Part shown: positions 25,141-38,799 of the stretch, piece after piece
How the letters are laid out: every line of letters begins with the position of its first letter
Numbering within the stretch: the stretch's first letter is position 1
Assembly (NCBI GenBank): GCA_951406725.2
Contig: OX597817.1
Location: 90,830,001 to 90,894,000 of the forward strand
DNA: 64,000 nt
Direction of reading: 5' to 3'
From: Octopus vulgaris
Taxonomy: Eukaryota
The notes under the pieces: generated by a model
Database searches by the model: none
What the model saw: the letters and a program-made list of their open reading frames with translations, nothing else
What the model was told of the DNA's origin: nothing
Made by a program: the position numbers and the translations under genes

Positions 25141-25648
25141 GCTACTAATTCTTGGGGTATACTGTCTCTAAGAAGTCAGATGTAGAGGGTTTGTTGGATA
25201 CAGTGTGAGTCGACTGTTATCGTTAGGCCTAACTCCTCGTAAAGTAAATGTCACCATGACTGATATCCAGACTACTGTAGAAAAGGTTAGCCACTGGATT
25301 TGGTTAAAAAGAAACAATGAGTGATGGCTAGAAGAACATTGAGCTTTATTTAATAACCAGTTGATCTAGCAAGCAGGGCCTCATATCAGCGAGGGGTGGG
25401 GCAGTTTGCATTGATGCTGTCAAGTGTTAGGCCCCGAAACAGTACGCATTCTCTCCTGATGACCCCATACACTTGCTGGCTTCTGGCATGAGGAGTTCTC
25501 AACTAGTAGCACTTGCATGTGCAAAGTTCACTCACCAAACAGCTAGAGGTAAGACTTGACAGTACCGAAGTTATAAGCCATTCTGAACATATCATAGAAA
25601 AACCATTTGTCTAAACAGAGGCTGTATGGCCATCTTCTTGGAGTTGCC

Positions 25649-25712
<64 letters not shown>

Positions 25713-27923
25713 CAGACAGACAGACAGGCAGGCAGAGATATGTGTGTGTTTTGCAGAAAATTGTTGGAGAGCTAAGCAATAAGCCATTAGTGATACCCTA
25801 CTATAAATACTCCAATGTGATTATGCATGGGTTGGCCTTCCATCAAAAGCCTTTGTACAAATATGGGATGTTGTTCAGGTGACTTCCTGGATGCTATGCA
25901 GGATCATGATGGGTAATGGGGTCAAGTTGGAAAAATGTAAGTCTGCTTGGCCAGATACTAAATGTCCAAAAAATAAAAGAAATCAAAAATAAAGTAGGAT
26001 TTAAAGCTTTTTCTAAATTTCTGCCTATTTCTAATAAAAAGTCACTTGAGAATTTGTAACAAGTATGCACTCACAACTTAGATGGGTTTTTTCTTTTTTA
26101 AATAATATCCAAAATAATGAGGAATTTACAAATATTTTATCGTTCTCTAAATTCTTGTTTTGCTAACAAAAGTACAGTTATTGTGACTTGAATTAATATC
26201 TGGAGTATATAGTTTAAAGGAAGTTCTGAGACAAATTGACTTTAAAAAAAACACAAAGAATTAGATAATCATCATTGTCAAAATTGTGATGGAAACAACA
26301 ACTGCAATACTATAAAACAAGACTACTTCTGAATGGCTATTTGATCATAGTTTTACTAATCATAGTTTTACTAAGTTTCAATAAAAGACAGGATAACCAC
26401 AGCTGAAATCCTTCTGATCATAAGACATTTCAATTAAGGTTGACCTGGCATAAAGCAACAGCGGCAACAATCATAAATTTTCTACCAGTGAAATTCTATA
26501 CAATTATAGAACCTACTAGAAATAGAAGCCATATATCCATTTAATCATACATATAAGACTGGAAAGCTATCTTTGATCACAGATCTACTTCATCAGAGCT
26601 GACTTGGAGCTAAACAATGACAGCAGTAAATTTTACCACCTTGGAGTATCTACTTACAGCTAGATAGACTGAGCTATTGAGAGGTAAGAGTCCAGGCCAT
26701 GGACAAATGATAAATTTACACTCCATAAGAAAAACTGTCTCTAGCTCAGTGGTGCTTGCCACAGACTGACCAGGTAATTCTTCAAACTGATATAAATCTA
26801 TGACACAACCTATATGAATCCATTACAGACATATATATATATATATATATATATATTGTGATTGACTAGAGTGATTAACAATTAGAACAGGGAATATAAT
26901 GAGGATTAAAGGATGAAGTAAAAGTGAACCAGGAAGTACTGTAGATGTGTTGTTTTAGTGCACCAGCTGGGACTGAAAAGAAAATTGTCTTAAAGCCACA
27001 ACAATCACAGGTAAATAATTACTATGATAGTTATTTTTATTTTGGTAATTATTGATCTTAATTTAAATTCTATCACCCTATTATATTGATTACTGTGAGT
27101 TCAATAACTGTAACAGATGTTTGTTAATCACCAAGGGATTACAGAGATTAGTGTTATCTAAATAATGGGATGGACCCACTTCATAGGTTGATAACCCCAC
27201 AGAACACAGAAGAAAGCCTAAATTAAAATGCTTACCTAGTCCTCTGACACTCCACAGTTATATTTCATGGGATAAGTCAATGAGAGAGCTACTGTAAATT
27301 TGATCAACCTGTTACAAATAGCAGCTCAATCTCCCTCAGATCATTACTGGCTTGTCTTTAAAAAAGGAGCACAGATTGGAAAAAATAGCTTAACATACAC
27401 AAGTGTAATAGCTGGAATGTAGTTGATACTAGACCAACTCAATTTGGGTTGACCTGTGGCTAAACAACAACATTTTTATAAAAACGACAAGAGCCTTTGC
27501 AGTATTGCTAGGAATAGTGGCAAAATCTCCCAAGCTATCTTTAAAGAAAAAGGAAGGACATTGAAATATTATTTTAATCATATCAACCAGTTCAGTTATT
27601 AGACTGTGGCCATGCTTGGGCACCACCTTCAAGGATTTTAGTAGATTCTGTTGACCCCACTACTTTATTTGGCACTTTATTTAATGCTTCAGTCACAGTT
27701 GAGTAGCTAAATTCACCTAAGTCATGTTCATTTGAGAAGTTATCTTACCACAAGGAATTTACACCAATTTACACTAGTATAAACACACACACATGTGTGT
27801 GTGTGTGTATGAACATAAACTGCTGGTCTTCTATAAACAACCCTGCCCAGACTTGTGCCTCAGAAGGTAACTTTCTAGGTGCAATCACATGTTCATTCAT
27901 GTCTAAAGGAGGTCTTTATCCTT

Positions 27924-27978
<55 letters not shown>

Positions 27979-27984
27979 TTATCA

Positions 27985-28350
27985 TGTTGAGTGGTAAGCA
28001 GTTTGCTTCCCAACCACATGGTTCCAGGTTCAGTCCCACTGCATGACACCAGGGGCAAGTGTCTTCTTCTATAGCCTCGGTCCAACCAAAGCCTTGTGAG
28101 TGGATTTGGTAGATGGAGACTGGAAGCCTATCATGTGTATGTGTGTGTGTTTATGTCTGTGTTTCACAGATGGTATTGGTTTGTTTACATTCCTGTAACC
28201 TAGCGGTTCAACTAATGAATCTGATAGAATAAGTACCAGCCTTAAAAAAAATAAATAGCGGGGTCAATTCATTTGGCTAAAATTCTTCAAGGCAGTGCTC
28301 CAGCATGGCCATAGTCTAAGGACTAAAACAAATAAATGGTAAAAAATGAA
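27985..28350 (+). mobile_element. SINE family B
   Basis: gtggtaagcagtttgcttcccaaccacatggttccaggttcagtccc...ccagcatggcc. Confidence 0.88.
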
Positions 28351-28639
28351 AGATATGAACTAACAGCTGAAAGTCTAGTTTGAAATTGGTCAAACACTAA
28401 ATTGAAATGTGTTAGAAGTTATTGATTTCAGTTAGTTTGTAATGAGATTGAACAGAAATGAAGGTGTAAGCTATAGAATAATGAGCAGGGGTAGCTAAAG
28501 TACATGCTCCTGTTCCTGGCTGTACAACTCTTGATGATCCACCTGTGAAATATTGGAATTACTGAAAGAGGTACTATAATTGGAATCCTGTAGCTAACTG
28601 TTACCCCCAGTTTGGAACTTCATTATTCTATAACTTCAT

Positions 28640-29020
28640 TATAGGCACAGGTATGGCTGTTTTGTAAGAAGTTTGTTTCCCGACTACATGGTTGTGGGTT
28701 CAGTCCCATAGTATGGCACCTTGGGCAAGTGTCTTCGACTAAAGTCTTGTGAGTGAATTTGGTAGATGGAAACTGAAATAAGCCCACTGTGTGTGTGTGT
28801 GTGTGTCTTTGTGTTTGTGTTTGTCTGCCTCCACCACTTGACAACTGGTGTTGGAGTGTTTATGTCCCCATAACTTGGCAGTTCAGTAAAAGAAACCAAT
28901 AGAATAAGTACCACACTTAACAAAACATAAGTTGATTCATTCAACTAAAGTGCTTCAATGCAGTGCCCCAGCATGGCCACAGTCTAATGACTGAAGCAAG
29001 TAAAAGATAAAAAGATAAAA
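28640..29020 (+). mobile_element. SINE family B
   Basis: Same head, core and tail, ending gtaaaagataaaaagataaaa. Confidence 0.88.
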
Positions 29021-29149
29021 AATTATTTTTCCAATTTCAAATGTCAAAAACATTTTAGCTTTTTTCTATCTTTGTTATTCAAAAGAATTTTCTTAGTATT
29101 TACTGATATTCTCAAAAGTCTTCTTTACATACACATTTCAAAGGCATTT

Positions 29150-29360
29150 GACATTTGTGAAGTTAACATTGGAGAGTAGGGGACATTTTTGATGGGGTAC
29201 TGAGTCAATGAGGTTAACACTAAAGGACAGGGGACATTATCAATATGGTGATGAGTTGGTAGGGTTAGAACTGTAGGATAGGAGAAACTGCAGATGGAGT
29301 GCTGAGTTATTTGTTTAATACTTCAGAAAAGGGAAATTGCTAATGAGATATTGATTTGGT
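29150..29360. repeat. Degenerate ~59-bp tandem repeat
   Basis: gttaacatt...ggggacatt...gatgg...ctgagt recurs 3-4 times. Confidence 0.5.
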
Positions 29361-29514
29361 TGGTCATAATAGTGGCAGTAGACCAAAACAGTTTATGAAT
29401 CATTGATAATCTAGTGTGTGTGTATGTATGTGTGTGCATGTGTGTGTGTTTTTATAAGTAAATATATTTATATAAGTAAATAGTATTAGAAATTGTATAA
29501 AACAATTATTCTTA

Positions 29515-29900
29515 TATCCTTTTACTCTTTTACTTGTTTCAGTCATCTGACTGTGGCCAAGCTGGAGCACCACCTTAAAGTGTTTTAGCCAAAGAAATGA
29601 ATTCCAGGATTTATTCTTTGTAACCCTAGTACTTATTCGATTGGTCTCTTTTGCTGAACCACTAAGTTATAAGGACATCAGTTGTCAAGTGATGGCAGGG
29701 GTCAAACACTGATATATATACACATACACAAATATACACATTAGGCCTCTTTCAGTTTCCATCAACCAAATTCACTCACAAGACTTTGGTTGGCCAGAGG
29801 CTATAGTAGAAGACACTTGCCCAAGATGCCATGGAGTAGGACTGAACCTGGAACCATGTGGTTGGGAAGCAAGCTTCTTACCACACAGTCATGGCTATTT
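29515..29900 (-). mobile_element. SINE family B
   Basis: Reverse complement of the 9663-10080 element. Confidence 0.88.
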
Positions 29901-31479
29901 TGTGTGTTGTAGGAGTATAATCAATTCATTGCAGATATATTTTAATGGCAAAATCTTACATGGACCCCCAAAGGTCATATGGACCCTTGTTGAGGACCAC
30001 TGGAATAGTATAAGTAAAGAATTAAGATGTTGTAACACTGTAAAGAGTGAATGTGAGTGTCAATGTGAAATGTTGTACTATAGTATGAAATGAATGTGAA
30101 TGTAGGGGAGAGCTACAAGCAGTTCATAACAGAAAGGGACATCATACCATAGAATCAATATTAGTATAAATATTCTCTCCAAATATGTAAATATTCAAGT
30201 TTGCAGCTCCCTAAGCACTGTCCCACTAAAAGTAAAGAAACAAATGACCAAATCCAACTAAACTATCATGAAATAAAGACATTCCAAAAATTTGCTTCCA
30301 TTCTGACAATGTGATTTTTAAATATTGATTTGCGTGGTTATTTATCTACCATTTCTTCATTTATAATAACAAAACATTTTTCAAGACACTCAACCATTTA
30401 TTATCACCATTATCATCATCATTTTGTATTTATTGTTTCCATGCTGGCATGGGTTGGACAGGTTGTCAAAGACTGAGTCAATGTTTATTCATTTACTGAT
30501 TCCAAGATGGGTTAGTGATCATGCTTCACTCATATGCTCCCTTTTATCCTGCCAACTAGTTTACAAAGTATATTGTGTGCATTTTATAATAGCACTACAG
30601 ACGTTGTCTTGTCTCTATCAAAACTGAAGCATCCTTTCTACTCTATATTGTCTCTATCTGTTCAGTCATCTCTAAGGAGGAAGAACTGGCTCCTGTTCAT
30701 AGAAGAGAATAATAATGAAAGTAATTCAGAACAAGAGGAAATAAATGGAAGAGAACCAAACCAGTAGGAGTAAGAGAGTGATAATGAAAGATAGCACAAG
30801 AGAGAGAAAAAAGGACAGCCTGAGAGGCAAAGGGAAAGAGAGGATGGTGATTGTTGGTAAGGAGGTTCAATCGAAAGAGTACGAGTAATGTAATGGGGAA
30901 AATGATCACATTTTTATTGATATCCATAATTTTCTTACCATTTCCAATGTAACTATTTGTTATTTTCTGTCCCTGTTTCAATCTGTCTGATTGTCTATTT
31001 CTGTCTGTCTGTTTGTCTTTGTCTCTCTCTCTCTCTTCTGTCATTATTATTCTTTTATACTTCAAGTGGTAACCTTTTCCTTTCTCACCTGAGTTCAGCT
31101 TCTAAAATTGCTCTCCCTTCTATTTTATCGTATGAGATACAAAACAAACTCATAAGAGCTGATGCCATAATATAAAATGCAACCAGTATAAAGTAGTTGA
31201 AAACTGAATGGAGATGATATAGAGCCAAGAGGAACTTCAATCTTGTCTTGTCAAGAACATGGCAATTTTACCAATGCTAGTACCATAAGATGTACCCTGT
31301 ACACTCTGTAAATTGGCTAGTGTGAAGAAGGGTACCCAGCTGTAGAAACCATGCCAAAGTAAAACATTTGAGACATACACCCCAACACCTACAACTGATA
31401 CCAGCAGAGAAAGCAGACAAAATGCTATTACTGCTGATGATAATGATATACAATGAAAAGTGAGGAAATATGAAACAGA

Positions 31480-31900
31480 AATCAAAAGATTAATTGAAAT
31501 AGAAAATCATTTGAAAAATATGTCAAACATACTAACATCAAGAAACATTGATATTGAAATCAGGAAAATATTAAAATGTTATGTTTAACCTACTGTTACT
31601 ATATGGAACTGAAACATAGACATTAACTAAAGTATTACCAAATGGATTAGAAGTCTTTGAAATATTAACATAAAGAAGACTTTTGAGAATTTCATTATAA
31701 TATCAGCAAAAAAGTAAGAGAATTCTTTTAAACAACAAAGACAGAAAACTAAAATATTTTGGACACTTAATTAAAAAGAAATACTTTCAAAGTCTGTTAA
31801 TAGAAAGCAAAATGAATAGAAAGAGAGGAAGAGAAAACCAACAATTCTGTGAATGAATCATATCAAGAAGAGGACATACTTAAAACTGAATATATTAACA
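31480..31900 (+). mobile_element. RTE/BovB-like LINE 3' fragment
   Basis: RKILKCYV.PT.LYGTET.TLTK...LEVFE...RRLLRIS, KLKYFGHLI and LLIESKMNRKRGR. Confidence 0.75.
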
Positions 31901-33729
31901 ACAATTCAAGACTGAGACAGTGAGCTAAAGTACTGAGCCTGCTGAGAGCAGGTGATAACAATGATGATCCTGATATATAGACTTAAAATAATTTCCAACA
32001 TTAATATAAGGTCATAAATTTTAAAGGAGAGTACAGCTGATGAAATCAAACCCAGTAAATTGCCAGTATAGACTTGACTCCAGTTCAATAATTTTATGGA
32101 CTTGTCAAGATCACTTACTTCTGCTTGTTCTCAGATCCATTTTGTTGTTTCATCATTCTTCCACGTTATTCCAAACAAATTGTGTCCAAGAACACATTAA
32201 GTAGTTCTTAGCTTGTTTGTTAGATCTCCAGTTGAGTCCCATATTTCTGTACAATAAGGAAATTGTTGGGATGGCACATTTGTGGGAAAACTTGTCTTTT
32301 ATAGGGCATTTTGCTTTTAAAAAGGAACTTAAGCACCACCATTTTAAGGTAAATTGGCATTTTATTGCTTTACCTGGTTGTGTAGTTATAAGTTGGCCGA
32401 GATAGAAATAGATGTTTATTATTTGAAGGTATGTTTCTTCAGTTTTGATGCTAAGAGTTTCATCTACCAGTTTGTTGAACTAATAAATGAACTTTCAGAA
32501 CAGAGAGACTTCAATGTTTACTGTCTAGTTAATTTGTTTAGTTATGGATATTTTGGTTGGATGAAGATATTTAGATTGCTTGGTTTTCAATACCCAGGTC
32601 CTACATGTCATATAAGTAGTTTTTCTTTGTTATTGTTGTTGTTGTTGATACTGCTTCTGTTGTTGTTGTTCCTATTACTGCACCTCATATTTGTTTCATG
32701 TCAATGATTAACAAAGACCTATGAAATCCTTATTCCTCTCTTAACCAAGGTCATCTTGACAACGATGCCTCAGGCATGGACTCAAATGTTTGGTAATGCA
32801 ATCAACAGAAATCAGATTAAACTTGGTGAGTTGAAGTTCAAAGGCTTGACCAATTAGATATCTGTAATTACAATCAAGGGAAATATAATTGCAGTTGGTG
32901 GCTGTAATCCTCTTTACTGGTTTTTATACTCTTAATTCTAGGGTACCTTGGCAGATTAAATAGTGAGGCAATATGAAAGACTTACTAAAGAGTGTTGCAT
33001 GCATACTTACATTTGTATGTGTGTGCTTGCATGCTGTGTGTACATGTGTGTTTGTGTGTGTATGCATGTGTGTACAGGCATGTGTGTTTGTATGTCTGTG
33101 TATGCACATGTACAAGTGTGTATATAGCCTGAAGGGCTGATGCATGACTGAAAGTTATTTATCAAAAATCAAAAGAGGATTTCAGGTAAATCTATATTTA
33201 TATTTATGAAAATATAGGAAGATTCTTCATCATTAATGGATTTCAACATTTATATTTCTAACAATGATATTGTCACTCTTTGATAGAGAAGTTATGATCT
33301 GCAACCAGTTAACTGCAACTATCCTAAAACTCTTCATCTGCTATTATCATCAATGACCAGAACAGAATAAATTGAACTGAACTGATGACAATAGTAATTT
33401 TTCTCATTTGCAAATCTTCTATCACATGTATAATTACACACACATGCACACACATACACATTCATGTTCACACATACACACACGTATGCACACTCACACA
33501 CATTTCTGGGGCACTACTTTCATAAGTTTTAGTCGGTATTTGGCTGGTATTTATGCATGTGTATCTATGCTTTTCGACTTCCACCACTACTTCACAACAA
33601 ATATTGATCAATTTATATTACTCTAACAATAGGAATTCAACAAAAGAAACCAATAGAATAAGTCCCAAGCTTAAAAAATAAGTACTGTGGTAGATTTGTT
33701 TGGACTAAACCCTAGCATGTGTGCACACA

Positions 33730-33777
<48 letters not shown>

Positions 33778-33782
33778 CATAC

Positions 33783-34346
33783 ATAGGTGCAGGAATGGCT
33801 GTGTGGTAAGTAGCTTGCTTACCAACCACATGGTTCTGGGTTCAGTCCCACTGCATGGCACTTTGAGCAAGTGTCTTCTACTATAGCTGACCAAAGCCAT
33901 GTGAGTGGAGTTGGTAGATGGAAACTCAAAGAAGCCTGTGTGTGTGTTTGTCCCCACCCCACCATCACTTGACAACCAATGCTGGTGTGTTTACATCCCT
34001 ATAACCTAGCGGTTTGGCAAAAGAGACCTATAGAATAAGTACTAGGCTTACAAAGATTAAGCCCTGGGTTCGATTTGTTCGACTAAAGGTGGTCCAGCAT
34101 GGTCACAGTCAAATGACTGAAACAAATAAAAGAATAAAAGAATATGAGGTGAGCTGGTAGCAGAATCATTAGCTCAACAAGCAAATCCATTTTGTGTTTT
34201 AATGTTTTGACTTCAAATCCTACCGAGGTTGACTTTGCCTTTCATCCTTCCATGGGTAATAAAATAAGTACCAGCTGAGCACTCAGGTTGATTTCATCCA
34301 CTAAGTCCCTTCCATTGAAATTACTGACTTTGTGCCAAAGTTTGAA

Positions 34347-34348
<2 letters not shown>
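33783..34348 (+). mobile_element. SINE family B (33783-34143) directly followed by SINE family A (34147-34348)
   Basis: Both consensus sequences are recognisable end to end. Confidence 0.88.
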
Positions 34349-34402
<54 letters not shown>

Positions 34403-34613
34403 TTTTATTCTTTTACTATCTCAGTCATTTGACTGTAGCCATGTTGGAGCACTGCTTTTAGTCAAACATATCGACCCCAGGACTTATTCTTTGTAAGCCT
34501 AGTACTTATTCTACCAGTCTCTTTTGCTATACCACTAAGTTATGAGGACGTAAACACACCAACATCAGTTGTCAAGCAATGGTGGAGGGACAGACACACA
34601 AGCATACACACAC

Positions 34614-34652
<39 letters not shown>

Positions 34653-34653
<1 letters not shown>

Positions 34654-35463
34654 GAGAAAAGCGCCCATGCCCCGTCCAATGGATGGTGCTGAGTTGTCAA
34701 ACATTTAAACCAAATTTTCTCAAAACAACTTGTCCAACCGTCTCATAGGCCTCCCCTTTGAGAAACACTGATTTAACCTAAATTTGAGATATCAGCAAAA
34801 GAAGAAATAAAGATAGACTTTTTTTCTATTCCAAAGAAAGTCGATTTTATTCACAAAAATATGTAACCGAAGAGTTTAAAGTACCAGTAATGATAAGGCT
34901 GTTGACTGGGAGAACACAAACATGGTTTAAACAGTAAGCTTGGCAGGAAAGAAACGTGCCTTTAAGCAGTATAAAAACAACAAAAAATGGAAGATGCAGT
35001 TATGTACAGGTTGACGGAAGAAAAGCAGAACAAAAACAATGCATGCAAATGGGTTAGCCGGAGGTAAATCTAGATGGAAAAGCATGATGAATTTATGAGA
35101 ACGTACCTGGGACAATAATAAGTTTATCTGATAAAACATGTAGGAAATCAACTTGGGGCAATTTTTGATGAAAAGCAACAACCTAGGGAACTAAGTAACC
35201 AATTTTAAGCTAACTTACTTTACGGGATGTTCAAGGGCATGGAAAAGCTAGTGGCAACAGCTGATGTACTTGCGCTTACAAATGCACGTTCCCACGGTTT
35301 TATCGATCGCATTCTCACCTGGAATCGATTTTTGTAATTTTTTCAAGACTTATATAATCCCTGATACCATCGGTATCTACATATCAAATTTGAGCACAAC
35401 CGGATGGAGGATGCCTGAGATCCTAGAAGACACACACAGACAGAAAGGATTTTATATAATAGA
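34653..35463 (-). mobile_element. Non-autonomous Helitron-like element (~810 bp)
   Basis: The minus strand starts A|TCTATTATATAAAA and ends CTCG|T, after a GC-rich hairpin (plus strand ccgtcca-a-tggatgg). It sits between A and T with no TSD. Confidence 0.7.
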
Positions 35464-35467
35464 TATG

Positions 35468-35846
35468 TGGAGGTGCAATGGCCCAGTGGTTAGTGCAGTT
35501 GACTCGTGGTTGTAGGATCACGGTTTCAATTCCCATACTGGGTGTTGTGAGTGTTTATTAAGCAAAAACACCTAAAGCTCCACGAGACTCTGGCAGGGGG
35601 TGGGAACCCTGCATTACTCTTTCACCACAACTTTCTCTCACTCTTTCTTCCTGTTTCTGTTGTACTTGTATTTCAAAGGGCCAGCCTTGTCACACTCTGT
35701 GTTATGCTGAATTTGCTCGAGAACTACGTTAAGGGTACATGTGTCTGTGGAGTGCTCAGCCACTTGCATGCTAATTTCACTAGCAGGCTGTTCTGTTGAT
35801 CGGATCAACTGGAACCCTCATCGTCATTACTGACGGAGTGCCATGA
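35468..35846 (+). mobile_element. tRNA-derived SINE of a third family
   Basis: A box tggcccagtgg and B box ggtttcaattcc at tRNA-like spacing, followed by a ~300-bp tRNA-unrelated body. Confidence 0.75.
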
Positions 35847-36013
35847 CAATAGATATATACGACAGGTTTGTTTCAGTTTCTGTCAACAAAATCCACTCAC
35901 AAGGCTTTGGTTGTCCTGAGGCTATAGTAGAAGACACTTGCCCAAGGTGCCATGCAGTAGGACTGAACCTGGAACCATGTGGTTGGTAGGCAAGCTAGTT
36001 ACCACACAGCCAC

Positions 36014-36045
<32 letters not shown>

Positions 36046-36054
36046 ATATATAAT

Positions 36055-38090
36055 CATCATCATCGTCGTCATCGTCATTGTTTAACGTCCGCTTTCCATG
36101 CTGGCATGGGTTGGACAGTTTGACTGAGGACTGGCGATCCAGAGGGCTGCACCATACTCCAATCTGATATGGCAAAGTTTCTACAGCTGGATACCCTTCC
36201 TAACACCAACCACTCCGAGAGTATAGTGGGTGCTTTTACATGCCACTGGCATGAGGGCCAGTCAGGCAGTTCTGGCAACGACCACACTCAAAAGGTGTTT
36301 TTTATGTGCTACCTGCACAGGAGCCAGTCTGGTGGCACTGGCAATAACCATGCTTGAATTTTTTTTTCATGTGCCACTAGCACATGTGTGAGTAAGGCAA
36401 CACTGGCAATAATCACGCATGAATGGTGCTTTTTACATTCCAATCAGCAGCCCTGGCAACAATCATGCTTGGATGGTGCTTTTAATGTTCCAATGGTACA
36501 AGTGCCAACCATGCAGTACTGTCATCAGCCACGTCGGTGATTTTAATTTTGATTTCACTTGCCTCAACAGGTCTTCACAAGCAAAGTTTCTTGTCTAATG
36601 AATGAGGGGTACTCATAAGTGGGCTGGTTGCACCCACTAGCACAGGCCACAGGTTATGGTCTAACTTGGCCTGTCAGGTCTTCTCAAGCACAACATATCT
36701 CCAACATATCTCTTGACCACTAGTCATTGCCTCGGTGAGGCCCAATGTTCGAAGGTCATGCTTCACCACCTCATCCCAGATCTTCCTGGCTCTACCTCTC
36801 CCACAGGTTCCCTCTACTGCTAGGATGTGACACTTTTGCACACAGCTGTCCTCATTCATTTGCAACACATGACCATACCAGCACAGTCATCTCTCTTGCA
36901 CACCACATCTGATGCTTCTTGAATCCAACTTTTCTCTCAGGGCACTTATACTCTGTTGTGTATGCTCACTGACATTACACATCCAGTGGAGCATATTGGT
37001 TTCATTCCTTGCAAGCTTACTCATGTCATCAGCAGTCATGGCCAATGTTTCACTGCTATGTAGCATGGCTGTTTGTACACATGCATCATACAGTCTACCT
37101 TTTACCCTGAGTGAGAGGCCCCTTGTCACAAGCAGAGGTAGGAGCTCTCTGAACTTTGTCTAGGCTATTCTTATTCTAGCAGCTACACTTTCAGAACATC
37201 CACCCCCACTACTGATTTGGTCACCTAGGTAACAGAAGCTATCAACTACTTGCAATTTTTCCCCCTGGAATGTGACGGAAGCTGTTCTCTGCACATCTTC
37301 AGTGTTTATAGCACCTGAGCATTTGCCACATACAAAAACTATCTTCCCAGTTAGCCTTCCTTTGATATTGCTGCACCTCTTATGTTTCCATAGCTTACAC
37401 TGGGTATAAACTTATGGAGTTTTTACCTACGCCTTTTTCTACAGATTAAGCAGGGCCATCTACCTGAAGGGATTTGTGGTTTGACTGCCTTCTTATTTAT
37501 TAAGACTTTGGTTTTAGCTAGGTTGACTCTAAGGCCCTTCGATTCTAATTCTTGTTTCCACACCTGAAACTTTTCCTCTAGTCCTGATAGTGACTCAGCA
37601 ATTAGAGCAAGGTCATCAGCATAGAGGAGCTCCCAGGGGCATTCTGTCATGAATTCCTCTGTTATTGCCTGGAGGACTAGGATGAATAAGAGGGGGCTGA
37701 GGACTGATCCTTGGTTGACCTCTACCCCTACCTGGAATTCTTCAGTGTACTCATTGTCAATCCTCACCTTACTGACAGCATCTCTGTATATGGCTTGCAC
37801 AGCTCTCACTAAACACTCATCTATCCCTAGTTTCCTCATTGACCACCAGATAAGGGATCAGGGGACCTTGTTAAACACTTTCTCCGTGTTAATGAAAGCC
37901 AGGTACAGAGGTTTATCTTTGGCTAGGTATTTCTCCTGCAGCTGTCTTACTAGAAATATAGCGCCAGTGGTGCTTTTCTCTGGTACGAACCGAAACTGCA
38001 TCTCATCTAGACTGACCCTCTCTCTAATTAGTTGGGCTATGACCCTCTCCATGAACTTAATAACCTGATCCAAGAACTTGATACCTCGTG
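36055..38090 (-). mobile_element. 5'-truncated RTE LINE with PHD-like insert, repeat-rich 3' UTR and (GAT)n tail
   Basis: QFRFVPEKSTTGAIFLVRQLQEK, AFINTEKVFNKVP, VNQGSVLSPLLF, LLYADDL, GLRVNLAKTKVL, KGRLYDACVQTAMLHSSETL and GRGRARKIWDEVV. Several frameshifts and stops. Confidence 0.95.
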
Positions 38091-38799
38091 CGTGAGTTGT
38101 CTAAGAGATCAAAAGTCAAGAAAAAGAGGCACTCATATATTTGTCAAAGTTTACCTCTTTCTTCATAGTTTGAAAATAAGGACCATTTAGAGCAACTCTG
38201 TCAATGATTCTGGTCTCATATTAAAGCAATCATCAAAGCTGAAGTTACTGAATATGTCCTTAAATACCTCTCACACCTTGTATAGTTCAAGATACACAAT
38301 GCCTGAAGTCTAAAAAAACAACAAAAAAAGAAGATATGGTAACAGCTGGTTTAGCTTTGATTAATCATGAGTCTGATTATTCAGAGTTCATATGGGCTTA
38401 ACCACCACCAGCACTAACACCACCACCACCTCCTGCAACAACAATAACTACAGCTACTGTTGCTGCATGTGTGTGCCGATTGTCATACAATATCACTGTT
38501 CTGATTTATATCTGATAATCTAAAGTTTATATAAACAGAGATCTTTGTGTTATGTGTCTACATATGAGTTGATCTATCAATTTGAAATAAATAGTTATAC
38601 TGAGACATTACAGAAACTAAAATTGTCATATAGTGGCAGGGTTATAGTGGAATATTACACTCACTAAATAACTTGTAATATTCTTTTGGTTATTTAAAAT
38701 GCCAATAGGAATACCTTGGTAGATGACTGAGACCATCCTTTTTGGCACGTCATTCACATCCTACACACAACAAAACTTCAGTCCCCTAAATAGTTTATC

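Larger units (their letters stand above)
34400..36013 (-). mobile_element. SINE family B split by a Helitron-like element and another SINE
   Basis: Tail half at 34400-34620, head half at 35858-36013. Confidence 0.82.

Noticed and set aside
25430-25470. gaaac...ctgatga motif suggesting a type II hammerhead
   Set aside because: The would-be stem II strands (cccc and cccc) cannot pair and there is no stem I.
35468-35540. tRNA-like sequence with A and B boxes
   Set aside because: There is no full cloverleaf or acceptor stem and it continues into a repeat body, so it is a SINE head rather than a tRNA gene.
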